Positions 25,838 to 35,646 of a DNA stretch of 38,303 nucleotides are shown here, piece by piece (within the stretch, counting starts at the first letter, position 1; every line of letters begins with the position of its first letter). Under the pieces are notes generated by a model that saw nothing but the letters and a program-made list of their open reading frames with translations, did not search any database and had not been told where the DNA came from. The position numbers and the translations under genes were made by a program. Source of the stretch: an uncultured bacterium. GTDB lineage: Bacteria; Zixibacteria; MSB-5A5; JAABVY01; JAHJOQ01. The DNA is taken from the NCBI GenBank assembly GCA_965369655.1, contig CBDUQR010000029.1, forward strand, positions 1 to 38,303, in the 5' to 3' direction.

Positions 25838-26368
25838 TTACGTCGGGGCACAGCCCCGACGAGCACAGATTTCTATTACACAATCCGCAACTTCATGGAG
25901 AGAAAGATCGTCGGTGATTATTTTCTGGTCAAGGCTATCGTAAATCGCTTTTCTCTCGTTCATAATTTCTTCGATCCTGCTCTTCATGTCCTCTCCCTTC
26001 AGAAGCGGGCGGCCTGACTGATCAGCGAGTCGTTTCATCAGGGTGTCGCAGGTTGCGCAGAGACAGATGATAATACCGTTTGCCGCCAGGTTGTCCCTGT
26101 TTTCTTCGGGGATCATAGTCCCGCCGCCGACTGCCACGACGAGATTGTTCTGTTGACGGATTTGAGCCACGACCTCCTTTTCGAGAGTTCTAAAATACTG
26201 CTCGCTGCGCTCAGAAAAGATCCTCGCGATTGTGAGGCCAGTGATCTCTTCGATCATTCTGTCGGTATCTTTGAATTCCCAGCCGAGCCTCTCCGCAACG
26301 ATCTTGCCCACGGAAGTCTTCCCGGAGCCCATCGCGCCCGCGAGGATTATGTTTAATTCCGGGTCCAT
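25838..26368 (-). CDS. aroK: Shikimate kinase
   Basis: 'GAMGSGKTSVG', 'DTD', 'FRTLE', 'VGGG', 'RPLL'. Start reassigned to ATG 26368. Confidence 0.95.
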   Translation of the reverse strand: MDPELNIILAGAMGSGKTSVGKIVAERLGWEFKDTDRMIEEITGLTIARIFSERSEQYFRTLEKEVVAQIRQQNNLVVAVGGGTMIPEENRDNLAANGIIICLCATCDTLMKRLADQSGRPLLKGEDMKSRIEEIMNERKAIYDSLDQKIITDDLSLHEVADCVIEICARRGCAPT

Positions 26369-26394
26369 GCTGATATCCGTGTCGGAGCGCGTTG

Positions 26395-27237
26395 TCAGGC
26401 GAGGAGACGCCGCAGTCTCCGCTTCAGCGCTGATTTCTCCTTCTTGTAGTCTCCGATTTTGCAGCCAGTCATAATCTCGAATCCCTTGAGAGCCTGATAC
26501 AGAAGCATGTCGATTCCGCCGATGACAGGGCGGGAGCGTTCGACTGCCACGCCCCGGTCTGCATATGCCGCCTCGAATACAAGCGGCCTGTGCTGCATAA
26601 TGCTTTTCGGCAGCAGCTTCGATGTCGCCACGGGCGTTGCGTTGAACACCAGATTCCACTCCACGCCCTTGAGTTTCGTATTCAGCCTTGTCTTCTGATA
26701 TGCCCTGATCCACCCGCCATCAGCGGGCAGCGAAAACTCTGAGAGCATAATGCGCAGACGCTTGCGGCCTCGATTGATTATGGTAATGTCTTTGGCGCGT
26801 TTGGACAGGAAAAACCTCAGAGCGGTTCGTGCAGTCCCTCCGGCGCCGACAATCAATATATTCAGATCGCTGAAACTGACCACGCCAGCATCGGCAAACA
26901 CTTTCTGGATGCCGACAATATCCGTGTTGTGACCCGTCAGCCGCCCGTTTCGATTGACCACCAGATTGACTGAACGACAACCAACAGCCGATCGATGAAG
27001 GCTGTCGAGGTGCTGCATTATATCGCACTTGTGTGGCACGGTAACGCTGAATGCCGAAACGCCCAGCGTGCGGACCGACTCGATAAATCCGGGCAGGTCC
27101 CTGCTTGCATGGTCAAATGTGAAATAACCATGAGAAAGATTGTATTTGTCGAACAGGATTCTGAATATCTGCGGAGAAAGAGAATACGAGATGTTCGATC
27201 CGAGAATGCCGAATATCTTTGGCGTAATTGGTCTCAT
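26395..27237 (-). CDS. aroE: Shikimate dehydrogenase
   Basis: 'SYSLSP', 'VTVPHK', 'GHNTD', 'GAGGTAR', 'NATP', 'GIDMLLYQA'. Confidence 0.93.
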   Translation of the reverse strand: MRPITPKIFGILGSNISYSLSPQIFRILFDKYNLSHGYFTFDHASRDLPGFIESVRTLGVSAFSVTVPHKCDIMQHLDSLHRSAVGCRSVNLVVNRNGRLTGHNTDIVGIQKVFADAGVVSFSDLNILIVGAGGTARTALRFFLSKRAKDITIINRGRKRLRIMLSEFSLPADGGWIRAYQKTRLNTKLKGVEWNLVFNATPVATSKLLPKSIMQHRPLVFEAAYADRGVAVERSRPVIGGIDMLLYQALKGFEIMTGCKIGDYKKEKSALKRRLRRLLA

Positions 27238-28502
27238 CTGTGCAGCAGACTCTTCATCACGTCGTAGTATTCAGGAAATGATATTCCTATCTCGTCGGCG
27301 TATTTCTCGGTTAGCACGCCCTCGAAAACGAGATTGATGGTCTCGACTAACATCGAGAGACGATGATCCATCCTGGTGTCGACATCGGGAGCATAGAGCC
27401 TGGTTGGACCACAGACGACAAGATCATCGCCGTCGATTTCAATCTTAGCTCCGGCAGCATCAAGGATAGAGAGAATGCCGGAGAGCCTGTCCGATTCCTT
27501 GACCCTGAGTTCGCCCAGGTTGGGGAATCGTGTCACACCCTCGGCCTGTGATGCCGCAAGCGCGAGCACGGGGACCTCGTCTATGAAAGTCGCTACCGGG
27601 ACGTCATCGCAGCGGGATGATTGGAGTTCCGACGATCTCACGAATAGATCTCCGATCGGCTCGCCGCGCTTGATGACTATGTTGTCGGTCTGAATATCGG
27701 CGCCCATCCTCCTGAGAATCTGGAGATAACCGCATCTGGTCGGATTCAGGCATACATTCTGGAGGAGAACCTCTGATCCGGGCAACAGGAGCACGGCTAT
27801 GATGATAAACGCTGCAGAGGATATATCGCCGGGGGTGTCTATCTCGAATGCCGGGATTCGATCTGCCGGACCGGTAGAGACCTTGCAGTCGGATGTCATA
27901 AGTGGCACACCGAGTGAGATCAGCATTCGTTCCGTATGATCGCGCGTTGGCGTTGGCTCGATGATCTCTGTCTGTCCCTCGGCGGAAATCGCCGCGAGCA
28001 GGATTGCCGACTTTACCTGAGCGGACGCTACCGGGAGAGCGTAACCGATTCCTGTCAGGCTCCTGCCCTCAACCTTGACCGGACAGGTGCCCCGGTCGGT
28101 TGTCCGGACTGATGCGCCCATATGCCTGAGCGGTATTGCGACGCGATTCACAGGACGCCTGCGCAGAGAACTGTCGCCGTCAAGCGTCGCCGAAACATTC
28201 GAACCGGCCAGCAGTCCGAGGAGCAGCCTGAGCGAGGTACCGGCATTGCCGCAGTCAAGCGGCTTCTCCGGCTGCTTGAAATTGCCTAACCCGATTCCAT
28301 GAACCTCGATCCGGCTCGGTCCGGTCTCCCTGACATCGACTCCGAGAGCCTTTACAGCTTCGACTGTCGATACGAGGTCTTTGCCGGTCGCCAGATTGCT
28401 GATCTCACACAGACCATCCGAGACCGATGAGAGCAGAACCGCGCGGTGCGATATCGACTTATCTCCCGGCAGGCTGACCTGCCCACGTAGTGACTCAGCC
28501 AT
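27234..28502 (-). CDS. aroA: EPSP synthase (class II type)
   Basis: 'PGDKSISHR', 'DCGNAGT', 'SAQVKSA', 'RDHTERML', 'ELRVKESDR', 'DHR'. Confidence 0.97.
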   Translation of the reverse strand: MAESLRGQVSLPGDKSISHRAVLLSSVSDGLCEISNLATGKDLVSTVEAVKALGVDVRETGPSRIEVHGIGLGNFKQPEKPLDCGNAGTSLRLLLGLLAGSNVSATLDGDSSLRRRPVNRVAIPLRHMGASVRTTDRGTCPVKVEGRSLTGIGYALPVASAQVKSAILLAAISAEGQTEIIEPTPTRDHTERMLISLGVPLMTSDCKVSTGPADRIPAFEIDTPGDISSAAFIIIAVLLLPGSEVLLQNVCLNPTRCGYLQILRRMGADIQTDNIVIKRGEPIGDLFVRSSELQSSRCDDVPVATFIDEVPVLALAASQAEGVTRFPNLGELRVKESDRLSGILSILDAAGAKIEIDGDDLVVCGPTRLYAPDVDTRMDHRLSMLVETINLVFEGVLTEKYADEIGISFPEYYDVMKSLLHR

Positions 28503-29361
28503 CTATCCGCTCCAGGTTTACTTTCTTGTTCCTCAGACGCTTAATCCGACCAAGAAACCGATCAATGCTGTCATCCGCAAGGCGTTCAGACAGCGTACCG
28601 AGCTTATCTATGAATATATCAATTTCACGTTTCAGAGCTTTCCTGTTTTGCCAGAGAAACTGCGCCACTGTGTCGGGCTGCGATCCGGCGACTCTCGTCG
28701 ATGATTTGAAGCTGTGAGCGAGAAAATCCCTGTCGATGCGCGCCCGACGTCGACTGTCGGACATGGAATCGACTATAGCGTATGCTATCATGTGCGGGAG
28801 TCCCGATGCGAACGCGAACATCCTGTCGTGATCGGATGCATTGATGTGTTCCGGGAACGAACCGATCGCTCCGGCAAAGTCATTAGCCTCGCGCATGCTC
28901 GACGCCCGGCATCCCCGCGTCTCGATAACGAAGTAGTGCTGGTCAATAAAGAGCCTGCCGTTCCAGCCGTCTGGCGCAGATTTCTCCGTACCGGTATACG
29001 GGTGCCCGCCGATGAAATTGGTCATCCCGAGTCGCTCGGCAGTCCTGATAACATCTCGCTTTGTGCTTCCGGTATCCATCACAAGAGTCTTGTCCCTGAG
29101 AAGATCGCAATTCTTCTCGAGGAAATCATGAATTGCGAACATCGGCAACGCAACAACAATTATATCAACATTACGGATTAAATCAACATCAGATTGGCAT
29201 AGTTCAGAGATGATCCTTCGTTTTTTCGCAATATCGAGGAGCGTTCGGTTTGAATCAAATCCGGAGATCGTGTAGCGGTCATCATTTTTCAATGCCGCCG
29301 CAATCGAGCCGCCGATCTGCCCGAGTCCGACTATTCCGAGTCGCCGAACAGACACTGGCAT
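28495..29361 (-). CDS. tyrA: Prephenate/arogenate dehydrogenase
   Basis: 'GLGQIGGS', 'DTGSTK', 'FIGGHPYTGTEKS', 'HD...SGLPH'. Confidence 0.92.
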   Translation of the reverse strand: MPVSVRRLGIVGLGQIGGSIAAALKNDDRYTISGFDSNRTLLDIAKKRRIISELCQSDVDLIRNVDIIVVALPMFAIHDFLEKNCDLLRDKTLVMDTGSTKRDVIRTAERLGMTNFIGGHPYTGTEKSAPDGWNGRLFIDQHYFVIETRGCRASSMREANDFAGAIGSFPEHINASDHDRMFAFASGLPHMIAYAIVDSMSDSRRRARIDRDFLAHSFKSSTRVAGSQPDTVAQFLWQNRKALKREIDIFIDKLGTLSERLADDSIDRFLGRIKRLRNKKVNLERIDG

Positions 29362-30377
29362 CAGATGCTCCTCCCGACAGCCTCCGCGACACTCTTTAGC
29401 TTCACCATCATCGCCTCGAAATCGGGAAGGGGAAGGCTCTGATAGCCGTCACACAGGGCAGAGTCAGGATCAGGGTGAATCTCGATCATCAGCCCGTCCG
29501 CGCCCGAGGCGACCGCTCCGAGCGATACTGGCGAGATAAGATACCTTTCGCCTGTCGCGTGCGATGGATCGACAATGATCGGCAGATGCGACATGTGCTG
29601 AATGACAGGCACCGACGACAGGTCAAGAGTATTACGAGTATATTTCTCGAATGTCCTTATTCCGCGCTCACAGAGGATGACGTTTCTGTTTCCGCTCGCC
29701 ATGATATACTCCGCCGACATCAGTAATTCCTCCACTGTCGACATCATCCCGCGCTTGAGGAGCACCGGCTTGGACATCCCGCCCATTTTTTCGAGGAGCG
29801 AGAAATTCTGTATGTTGCGGGCTCCAACCTGCAGGATGTCGGCGTAGTCAGCCACGAGATCGGCAAGTTCTGGCGTCATCACCTCAGTAATCACTGACAA
29901 CCCGACTTTTTCCCCGACAGACTTGAGAATTTTGAGTCCTTCTTCTCCGAGCCCCTGGAAACTGTATGGCGATGTTCTCGGTTTGAACGCTCCACCGCGA
30001 AGGATACTCGCTCCGGCTCTCTTGGCCGATTCCGCAGCCTGAAGAACCTGGTCGTAGGTCTCGACAGCGCATGGCCCTGCGATAACGGCTATCTTCTCTC
30101 CGCCGATTTCCGTGCCGTTCAATCGCACGATTGTCTTTTCCGGTTTGAATTCGCGCGATGCGAGTTTGAACGGCTTAAGTATGCGTACAGTACTCTCCAC
30201 ACCCGGCAGAATCGCGAATGTCTCTTTCGATATCCTTCTCTTGTCTCCGACTACTCCGATGATAGTCTTCTCGGCGCCCTCGGACATGTGAGGTTTGAGG
30301 CCGAGTTCCTCGATTTTCTTGATGACTCCCCCGATCTGTTTCAGGGTGGCATCTTTCTTCATTACAACAATCATCAT
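29361..30377 (-). CDS. aroF: DAHP synthase, type I-beta, with N-terminal ACT/ferredoxin-like regulatory domain
   Basis: 'IAGPCAVE', 'RGGAFKPRTSPYSFQG', 'QVGARN', 'LCERGIRTFE', 'DPSH'. Confidence 0.97.
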   Translation of the reverse strand: MMIVVMKKDATLKQIGGVIKKIEELGLKPHMSEGAEKTIIGVVGDKRRISKETFAILPGVESTVRILKPFKLASREFKPEKTIVRLNGTEIGGEKIAVIAGPCAVETYDQVLQAAESAKRAGASILRGGAFKPRTSPYSFQGLGEEGLKILKSVGEKVGLSVITEVMTPELADLVADYADILQVGARNIQNFSLLEKMGGMSKPVLLKRGMMSTVEELLMSAEYIMASGNRNVILCERGIRTFEKYTRNTLDLSSVPVIQHMSHLPIIVDPSHATGERYLISPVSLGAVASGADGLMIEIHPDPDSALCDGYQSLPLPDFEAMMVKLKSVAEAVGRSI

Positions 30378-30381
30378 CCCA

Positions 30382-30747
30382 TCACTCTCCGAACAGATCA
30401 GGTCTCAGCTTAGCGGTACCACCGAGATACACATGCCTGACTTCATCCTGATCGAGATCTGTATTGACATGTATCAGTAAACGGATCAGCGATTTCATCG
30501 CGCCCGGCACATCCATTTCCGAGGCGCACAGCAGTGGGACCAAACTAAATCCGAGCTCCCTTACGGCATACGCCGGGAAATCGGCATTCAAATCAGGCGT
30601 GGCGGTCAGGAAAATCGACGCGATGTCTTTCGAATCGACGTCATTCTCCTTCATGATCGCCTTTATCAACTCCCGCGTCGCCTCATGGATCGCCTCGCGA
30701 GTGTTCTCACTAACGCTGTTTGCGCCTCTGATTCCACGTACTTTCAT
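30382..30747 (-). CDS. aroH: Chorismate mutase, AroH class
   Basis: 'VRGIRGA', 'TPDLNADFPA', 'VPLLCASEMDV', 'HVYLGGTAKLRPD'. Confidence 0.96.
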   Translation of the reverse strand: MKVRGIRGANSVSENTREAIHEATRELIKAIMKENDVDSKDIASIFLTATPDLNADFPAYAVRELGFSLVPLLCASEMDVPGAMKSLIRLLIHVNTDLDQDEVRHVYLGGTAKLRPDLFGE

Positions 30748-31544
30748 CCGTCGAGTCCCCTTCGCAGTTCTCTGATAAACGATGACACCGCTCGGTCCGC
30801 GGAGCCGTTGTCCTTAGCATTCCTGATCCGGTCAAGTAGCGCGCTCCCGACTATCACTCCGTCGGCTACGCGTCCCATTTTTCGCGCAATTTCGGCGTTG
30901 GATATTCCAAAGCCTACGCAGACCGGCATACCTGCGATCGATCTTGCCTTCCGTACAAATTCGGCGGTCTGCCGGGGGAGATTCCTGCGTGCGCCGGTTA
31001 TCCCGGTCACCGACACCAGATAGAGGAAACCGCTGCATATAGCCGCAATATCTCTTATCCGCGATGGTGGCGTGGTCGGTGCGGCGAGGAAAATCGATTC
31101 TATCCCGGAATGCGACATCAACTCAGAGACTTTCAGCCCTTCCTCAAGCGGAAGATCGGGTATGATCAACCCGCTGACGCCCGATTCGCTGCACCATCTC
31201 GCGAAGGTCTCGAGTCCGGGACGCAATATCGTGTTGAAATAACACATGACGATCAACGGCATGGTTGTTTTCGCAGCCAGTTTTTCTATCATCCGAAACG
31301 AATCCGCCACAGTCAATCCGTTCGACAGCGTAAGATGCGACGTATACCTGATTGTCGGGCCGTCGGCCAGCGGATCGGAATGAGGAATCCCGATCTCGAG
31401 CATATCAGCGCCCGCGTCCTCGATTCGCGCAGCGAGGCGCACGAATGACGAATGAGTCGGATACCCGGCGGTCAGATAGGGCACCAACGCCTTTCGCCCC
31501 CGCTCTTTCAGCTCACAGAATTTATTCGCTATGGTTCTGTTCAT
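30744..31544 (-). CDS. trpA: Tryptophan synthase alpha chain
   Basis: 'PYLTAGYP', '[16 protein letters not shown]', 'IIPDLP', 'VSVTGITG', 'GFGIS'. Confidence 0.97.
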   Translation of the reverse strand: MNRTIANKFCELKERGRKALVPYLTAGYPTHSSFVRLAARIEDAGADMLEIGIPHSDPLADGPTIRYTSHLTLSNGLTVADSFRMIEKLAAKTTMPLIVMCYFNTILRPGLETFARWCSESGVSGLIIPDLPLEEGLKVSELMSHSGIESIFLAAPTTPPSRIRDIAAICSGFLYLVSVTGITGARRNLPRQTAEFVRKARSIAGMPVCVGFGISNAEIARKMGRVADGVIVGSALLDRIRNAKDNGSADRAVSSFIRELRRGLDG

Positions 31545-32712
31545 ACCAGCTCACATTTTCGAGATCCTTGTCACCGCGACCAGAAAGGTTCACCACGACT
31601 ATGCTTTCTGCTCCCAGTTTCCGGCACAGTTTCCTGGCTCCGGCGAGTGCGAAACTCGATTCAAGCGCCGGGATAATCCCTTCGATCCTGCAGAGTTCGT
31701 TGAATGCTGCGACAGCCTGCCGATCTGTTATAGTTGTGTATGTAACACGTCCCGATTCTTTCAGGTGACTGTGCACAGGACCGACGCCCGGATAGTCGAG
31801 ACCCGCCGAGATCGTCTCGGTCAGGAGAATCTGGCCGTCGCTGTCCTGAAGCAGGTAACTTAGAGCGCCATGCAAAACGCCTGGACTCCCTTTAGCCAGT
31901 GTTGCGGCATGCTTCTTTGTTGACAGTCCTTTACCAGCCGATTCGATGCCGATCAGTTTCACATTGTCGCATGCAAGAAACGCATCGTAAATTCCGATCG
32001 CATTCGATCCACCGCCGATGCATGCGACGATATAGTCCGGCAAACCGCTTGTCGCCTTACGGACCTGCCTTTTCGTCTCCGCCCCGATCACAGACTGGAA
32101 TTTTCTGACCATCTCCGGGAATGGATGCGGCCCCACGGTCGAACCGATGATATAGTGCGTCGTTCGCACATTCGTCACCCAATCCTGTATGGCGGCAGTT
32201 GTCGCGTCTTTGAGAGTGGCGGTACCATCGTCGATTACCACGACTTCCGCTCCGAGCATTCTCATCCTGAGCAGATTTGGTCGTTGCCGCTCAGCGTCGA
32301 CTTTGCCCATATAGACGGTGCACTTCAGTCCAAGCAGCGCGCACGCGGCGGCTGTTGCGGTGCCGTGCTGTCCTGCGCCGGTCTCAGCGATTATTCTTTT
32401 CTTGCCGATTCTTTTCGCAAGCAATGCCTGGCCAATCGTGTTGTTGATCTTGTGCGCTCCGGTATGATTGAGGTCCTCGCGCTTCAGGTATATGCTGGCG
32501 CCCCACTTGCGCGACAGGTTCGACGCATAGAATAGCGGCGTAGGCCTGCCGGAATAATCCCGAAGCAGTCTCCTGAATTCATCTCGGAATGCCCGATCCT
32601 TCCAGCATGAGACGAACGCATCATCGAGTTCCATCAGCGCAGGCATCAGCGTCTCCGGCACGAATCTCCCGCCAAAACTGCCGTAATATCCTCGACTATT
32701 TGCCTTCAGCAT
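31522..32712 (-). CDS. trpB: Tryptophan synthase beta chain
   Basis: '[15 protein letters not shown]', 'AETGAGQHG', 'GGGSNA', '[11 protein letters not shown]', 'NLSGRGDKD'. Confidence 0.98.
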   Translation of the reverse strand: MLKANSRGYYGSFGGRFVPETLMPALMELDDAFVSCWKDRAFRDEFRRLLRDYSGRPTPLFYASNLSRKWGASIYLKREDLNHTGAHKINNTIGQALLAKRIGKKRIIAETGAGQHGTATAAACALLGLKCTVYMGKVDAERQRPNLLRMRMLGAEVVVIDDGTATLKDATTAAIQDWVTNVRTTHYIIGSTVGPHPFPEMVRKFQSVIGAETKRQVRKATSGLPDYIVACIGGGSNAIGIYDAFLACDNVKLIGIESAGKGLSTKKHAATLAKGSPGVLHGALSYLLQDSDGQILLTETISAGLDYPGVGPVHSHLKESGRVTYTTITDRQAVAAFNELCRIEGIIPALESSFALAGARKLCRKLGAESIVVVNLSGRGDKDLENVSWYEQNHSE

Positions 32713-33299
32713 GCTTTCGCTTTCTGAATCAGTTTTTCGACCTTGTCGCGGTCCTTAACTCCCGGACCTGACTCGGTCCCACGCGCAGTGTCGACGCCGT
32801 AAGGATTGTAGAACTCAACAATCCCGGCGACATTGTCCGAGTCTATCCCTCCGGCGAGAAAGACGCTGAAGCGGTTGTTCACGGACTCCCACATTTCCTC
32901 AGACAGGCCGTCTATGCTCCCGAGCTTCTTGAAATCGAGCAGCAGGTACTGACACGGATATGGCGGCAGCTTAATACTCTCGCCGTCCATCCAAACCGAC
33001 GAGAAAAGAGGCAGAGACGGCGCAAGAATCTGTCCATTGTTCGGGTGATAGTAAACCTGAAGATAGTCCAGTTTGACTTTGCTCAGGACATTAGCGACAT
33101 TTTCACGCACGTATCTGTCGAACACTCCGACGACCGGCACCTTACCACTTAGTCGTCTGGCGATGCGAGCGGCGACATCGAGTTCCACCCTGCGCGGAGA
33201 TTCCGCGAAAATCAATCCGATGAAGTCTGCGCCGAGTTCACGGCACATCTCGGCGTCATCAAGATTCGTGATGCCGCATATTTTCACTTTCGCAGGCAT
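32706..33299 (-). CDS. trpF: Phosphoribosylanthranilate isomerase
   Basis: 'VKICGIT', 'GLIFAESPR', 'FLAGG', '[14 protein letters not shown]'. Confidence 0.93.
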   Translation of the reverse strand: MPAKVKICGITNLDDAEMCRELGADFIGLIFAESPRRVELDVAARIARRLSGKVPVVGVFDRYVRENVANVLSKVKLDYLQVYYHPNNGQILAPSLPLFSSVWMDGESIKLPPYPCQYLLLDFKKLGSIDGLSEEMWESVNNRFSVFLAGGIDSDNVAGIVEFYNPYGVDTARGTESGPGVKDRDKVEKLIQKAKAC

Positions 33300-34063
33300 T
33301 CCGTGAGTTCCTTCAGCCTCGTTTCTACAGATTCGGCTGTCGACAACGCAGTCCCGATCAGCACGGCGTCGACTCCGAGCACTCGCATCATGTCGATGTC
33401 TTTGCGTGAGGTCATCCCGGATTCAGCGACGACAAGACATCCGGTCGGGACTTTCGGCAACAGCTTTTCAGTAGTGTTCAAGTCTACTTCGAGCGTATCG
33501 AGATTGCGGTTGTTTATTCCGATGATCTTCGCACCGGAGTGTATCGCTGTTTCGAGTTCATTCTCCGTATGCACTTCGACGATGGCCTCAAGTCCGAGAT
33601 CGCCGCACTTCGCGAGGTATAGCTCTGTGTCTGCTCCCAGAAGTGACACGATGAGCAGTACGGCATCGGCTCCATGCGCGCGAGCCTCGGTCAATTGGAT
33701 TTCATCCACGATAAAATCTTTCCGTATCACCGGTATCCCGACAGCTTCAGACACGAGGGAGAGATCAGCGAGCGATCCGCCGAAGTACCGATCCTCGGTT
33801 AGCACAGAGATTCCTGCTGCACCGTACTTTTCATAGAGCCGCGCACGTTCAACCGGATCAAGATCCGGAGCCATCACTCCTCTCGATGGCGACTTGCGCT
33901 TGATCTCGAACAGAAACGAGATGGTTGCGCTCGCACTGATCGAGCTTGTCAACGAGCGCGGATCGGGAGCATTTTCCAGCATCCTGTTGTATTGATCCAG
34001 CAGGCGGGTTCGGTCTGCTGACTCCCACTTGCTTCTGACATGTGCTGCGATTTCTTCTATCAT
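33284..34063 (-). CDS. trpC: Indole-3-glycerol phosphate synthase
   Basis: 'EIKRKSPSRG', 'ISVLTE', 'RKDFI', 'EVH', 'GINNRNL', 'AESG'. ATG 34063 overlaps the trpD stop. Confidence 0.96.
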   Translation of the reverse strand: MIEEIAAHVRSKWESADRTRLLDQYNRMLENAPDPRSLTSSISASATISFLFEIKRKSPSRGVMAPDLDPVERARLYEKYGAAGISVLTEDRYFGGSLADLSLVSEAVGIPVIRKDFIVDEIQLTEARAHGADAVLLIVSLLGADTELYLAKCGDLGLEAIVEVHTENELETAIHSGAKIIGINNRNLDTLEVDLNTTEKLLPKVPTGCLVVAESGMTSRKDIDMMRVLGVDAVLIGTALSTAESVETRLKELTECLRK

Positions 34064-35076
34064 CAATCCAACTTGTTCGTGATCTCTATCACCTGTTCGA
34101 GTTTTGTAAGGACAGCGCCTGACTCGAGAACCTGCCCGCAGGCCATTCTTGCCGCATCGAGATTGTCGTACCGACCCATTTCCGCGAGTCCTAGTGCCGC
34201 ATTCAGCGCAACCACGCTGCTTCGGATCGATTTCTCGCCACCGAATATGTTCCTGAGTATCCGGGCATTTTCTGCGGCATCACCGCCTGCAAGGTCCTCG
34301 ATATCCATTTGATCCAGATCATCGAGCCGCATGGTTTTCTCAGATGTACCGCTGTGATTCGTGTGGAATAGATGGCATTCGGACCCGAATATAAGTTCGT
34401 CGATCCCGAGGCTGGTGGTGAGGACTGTGACGTTGTTCAATCCGAGGCGGCCCGCGACCTGTGAGATTGTCTTAGCTTTCGCCTTGTCTGGCGTGCCAAT
34501 AATCTGATGAGTGCATCCGGCCGGATTCAGCAGCGGTCCAAGCATATTGAAAACGGTCGGAATTCCAAGTTCTTTCCTGACCGGTGCGACATGCTTCATC
34601 GCCGGATGGTAATTGGGTGCGAAGAGGAAACAGAAATCAGTCTCTTCGAGACATCGAGCCGCCCCGTCTGGCGACAGATCGATTCTCACACCGAGCGCTT
34701 CGAGCACATCGGCGCTGCCCGATTTGGATGATACGGCGCGATTGCCATGTTTGGCCGTGGCGACTCCGAGAGTCGCGGTCACGAATGCTGCCGCGGTCGA
34801 TATGTTGAATGTCCCCGCGCCATCGCCGCCTGTGCCGCAGCAGTCGAATACTTCGCGTGTGATATTGTGGGGCACGCCGACAGCGAGTTCTCTGAACGCA
34901 GCGGCGCATCCCGCGATTTCATCAACCGTCTCGCCCTTCACTTTCAGCGCAGTCAGGATCGATGACACCTCAACTGGTGAGTATTCGCCGCTGCCGACAA
35001 GCCGCATCATCTCATGCGATTCATCGTACGTCAGGTTCTCGCTGCTGGTGATCTTCGTCAGGTAAACGTCTGCCAT
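34063..35076 (-). CDS. trpD: Anthranilate phosphoribosyltransferase
   Basis: 'DCCGTGGDG', 'FNISTAAAF', 'KHGNRAVSSKSGSAD', 'FNMLGPLLNP'. Confidence 0.97.
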   Translation of the reverse strand: MADVYLTKITSSENLTYDESHEMMRLVGSGEYSPVEVSSILTALKVKGETVDEIAGCAAAFRELAVGVPHNITREVFDCCGTGGDGAGTFNISTAAAFVTATLGVATAKHGNRAVSSKSGSADVLEALGVRIDLSPDGAARCLEETDFCFLFAPNYHPAMKHVAPVRKELGIPTVFNMLGPLLNPAGCTHQIIGTPDKAKAKTISQVAGRLGLNNVTVLTTSLGIDELIFGSECHLFHTNHSGTSEKTMRLDDLDQMDIEDLAGGDAAENARILRNIFGGEKSIRSSVVALNAALGLAEMGRYDNLDAARMACGQVLESGAVLTKLEQVIEITNKLD

Positions 35077-35079
35077 GTT

Positions 35080-35646
35080 CTATTTCCAGTTGACGAAACT
35101 CTCGATAATTTGCTTGCCCTGGTCTGTGAGGATCGACTCGGGGTGAAATTGAAGCCCGAATAGTGGGCGCTCGGCATGGCAGATCCCCATCACCTCGCCG
35201 TCGGATGTGTATGCAACCGAGAGTAATTCGTCCGGGAGTGTCTCCTCGACAACAGCGAGAGAATGGTATCTCGTCGCCACAAACGGATTGGGAAGTCCGC
35301 GCAGGATGCCCCTTTCCCTGTGATATATGCTGGATGTCTTGCCGTGCAGGAGTCGTTCGGCAGGACTTACAGTCGCGCCATACGCGCATGCGATTGCCTG
35401 ATGACCGAGGCATACGCCGAGGATCGGCACGCTGTCGCTCAGGCCTTTGATCAGATCGACGGAGATTCCGGCTTCGCTCGGATGACCCGGCCCGGGAGAG
35501 ATGACAACTCTCTCAGGCGCAAGCCTCACGGCTTCATCGACCGTGATCTTGTCGTTTCTGAACACCCTGATGTCGGGGTTAAGTTCACCGATATACTGCA
35601 CGAGATTATACACGAACGAATCGTAGTTATCAATGAATAGAATCAT
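35080..35646 (-). CDS. trpG: Anthranilate synthase component II (glutamine amidotransferase)
   Basis: 'IDNYDSFVYNL', 'SPGPG', 'GVCLGHQ', 'RYHSL', 'QFHPES'. Confidence 0.96.
   Translation of the reverse strand: MILFIDNYDSFVYNLVQYIGELNPDIRVFRNDKITVDEAVRLAPERVVISPGPGHPSEAGISVDLIKGLSDSVPILGVCLGHQAIACAYGATVSPAERLLHGKTSSIYHRERGILRGLPNPFVATRYHSLAVVEETLPDELLSVAYTSDGEVMGICHAERPLFGLQFHPESILTDQGKQIIESFVNWK

Noticed and set aside
26369-26713. Apparent N-terminal fusion on shikimate kinase
   Set aside because: Alternative frame overlapping aroE; kinase motifs begin at ATG 26368.
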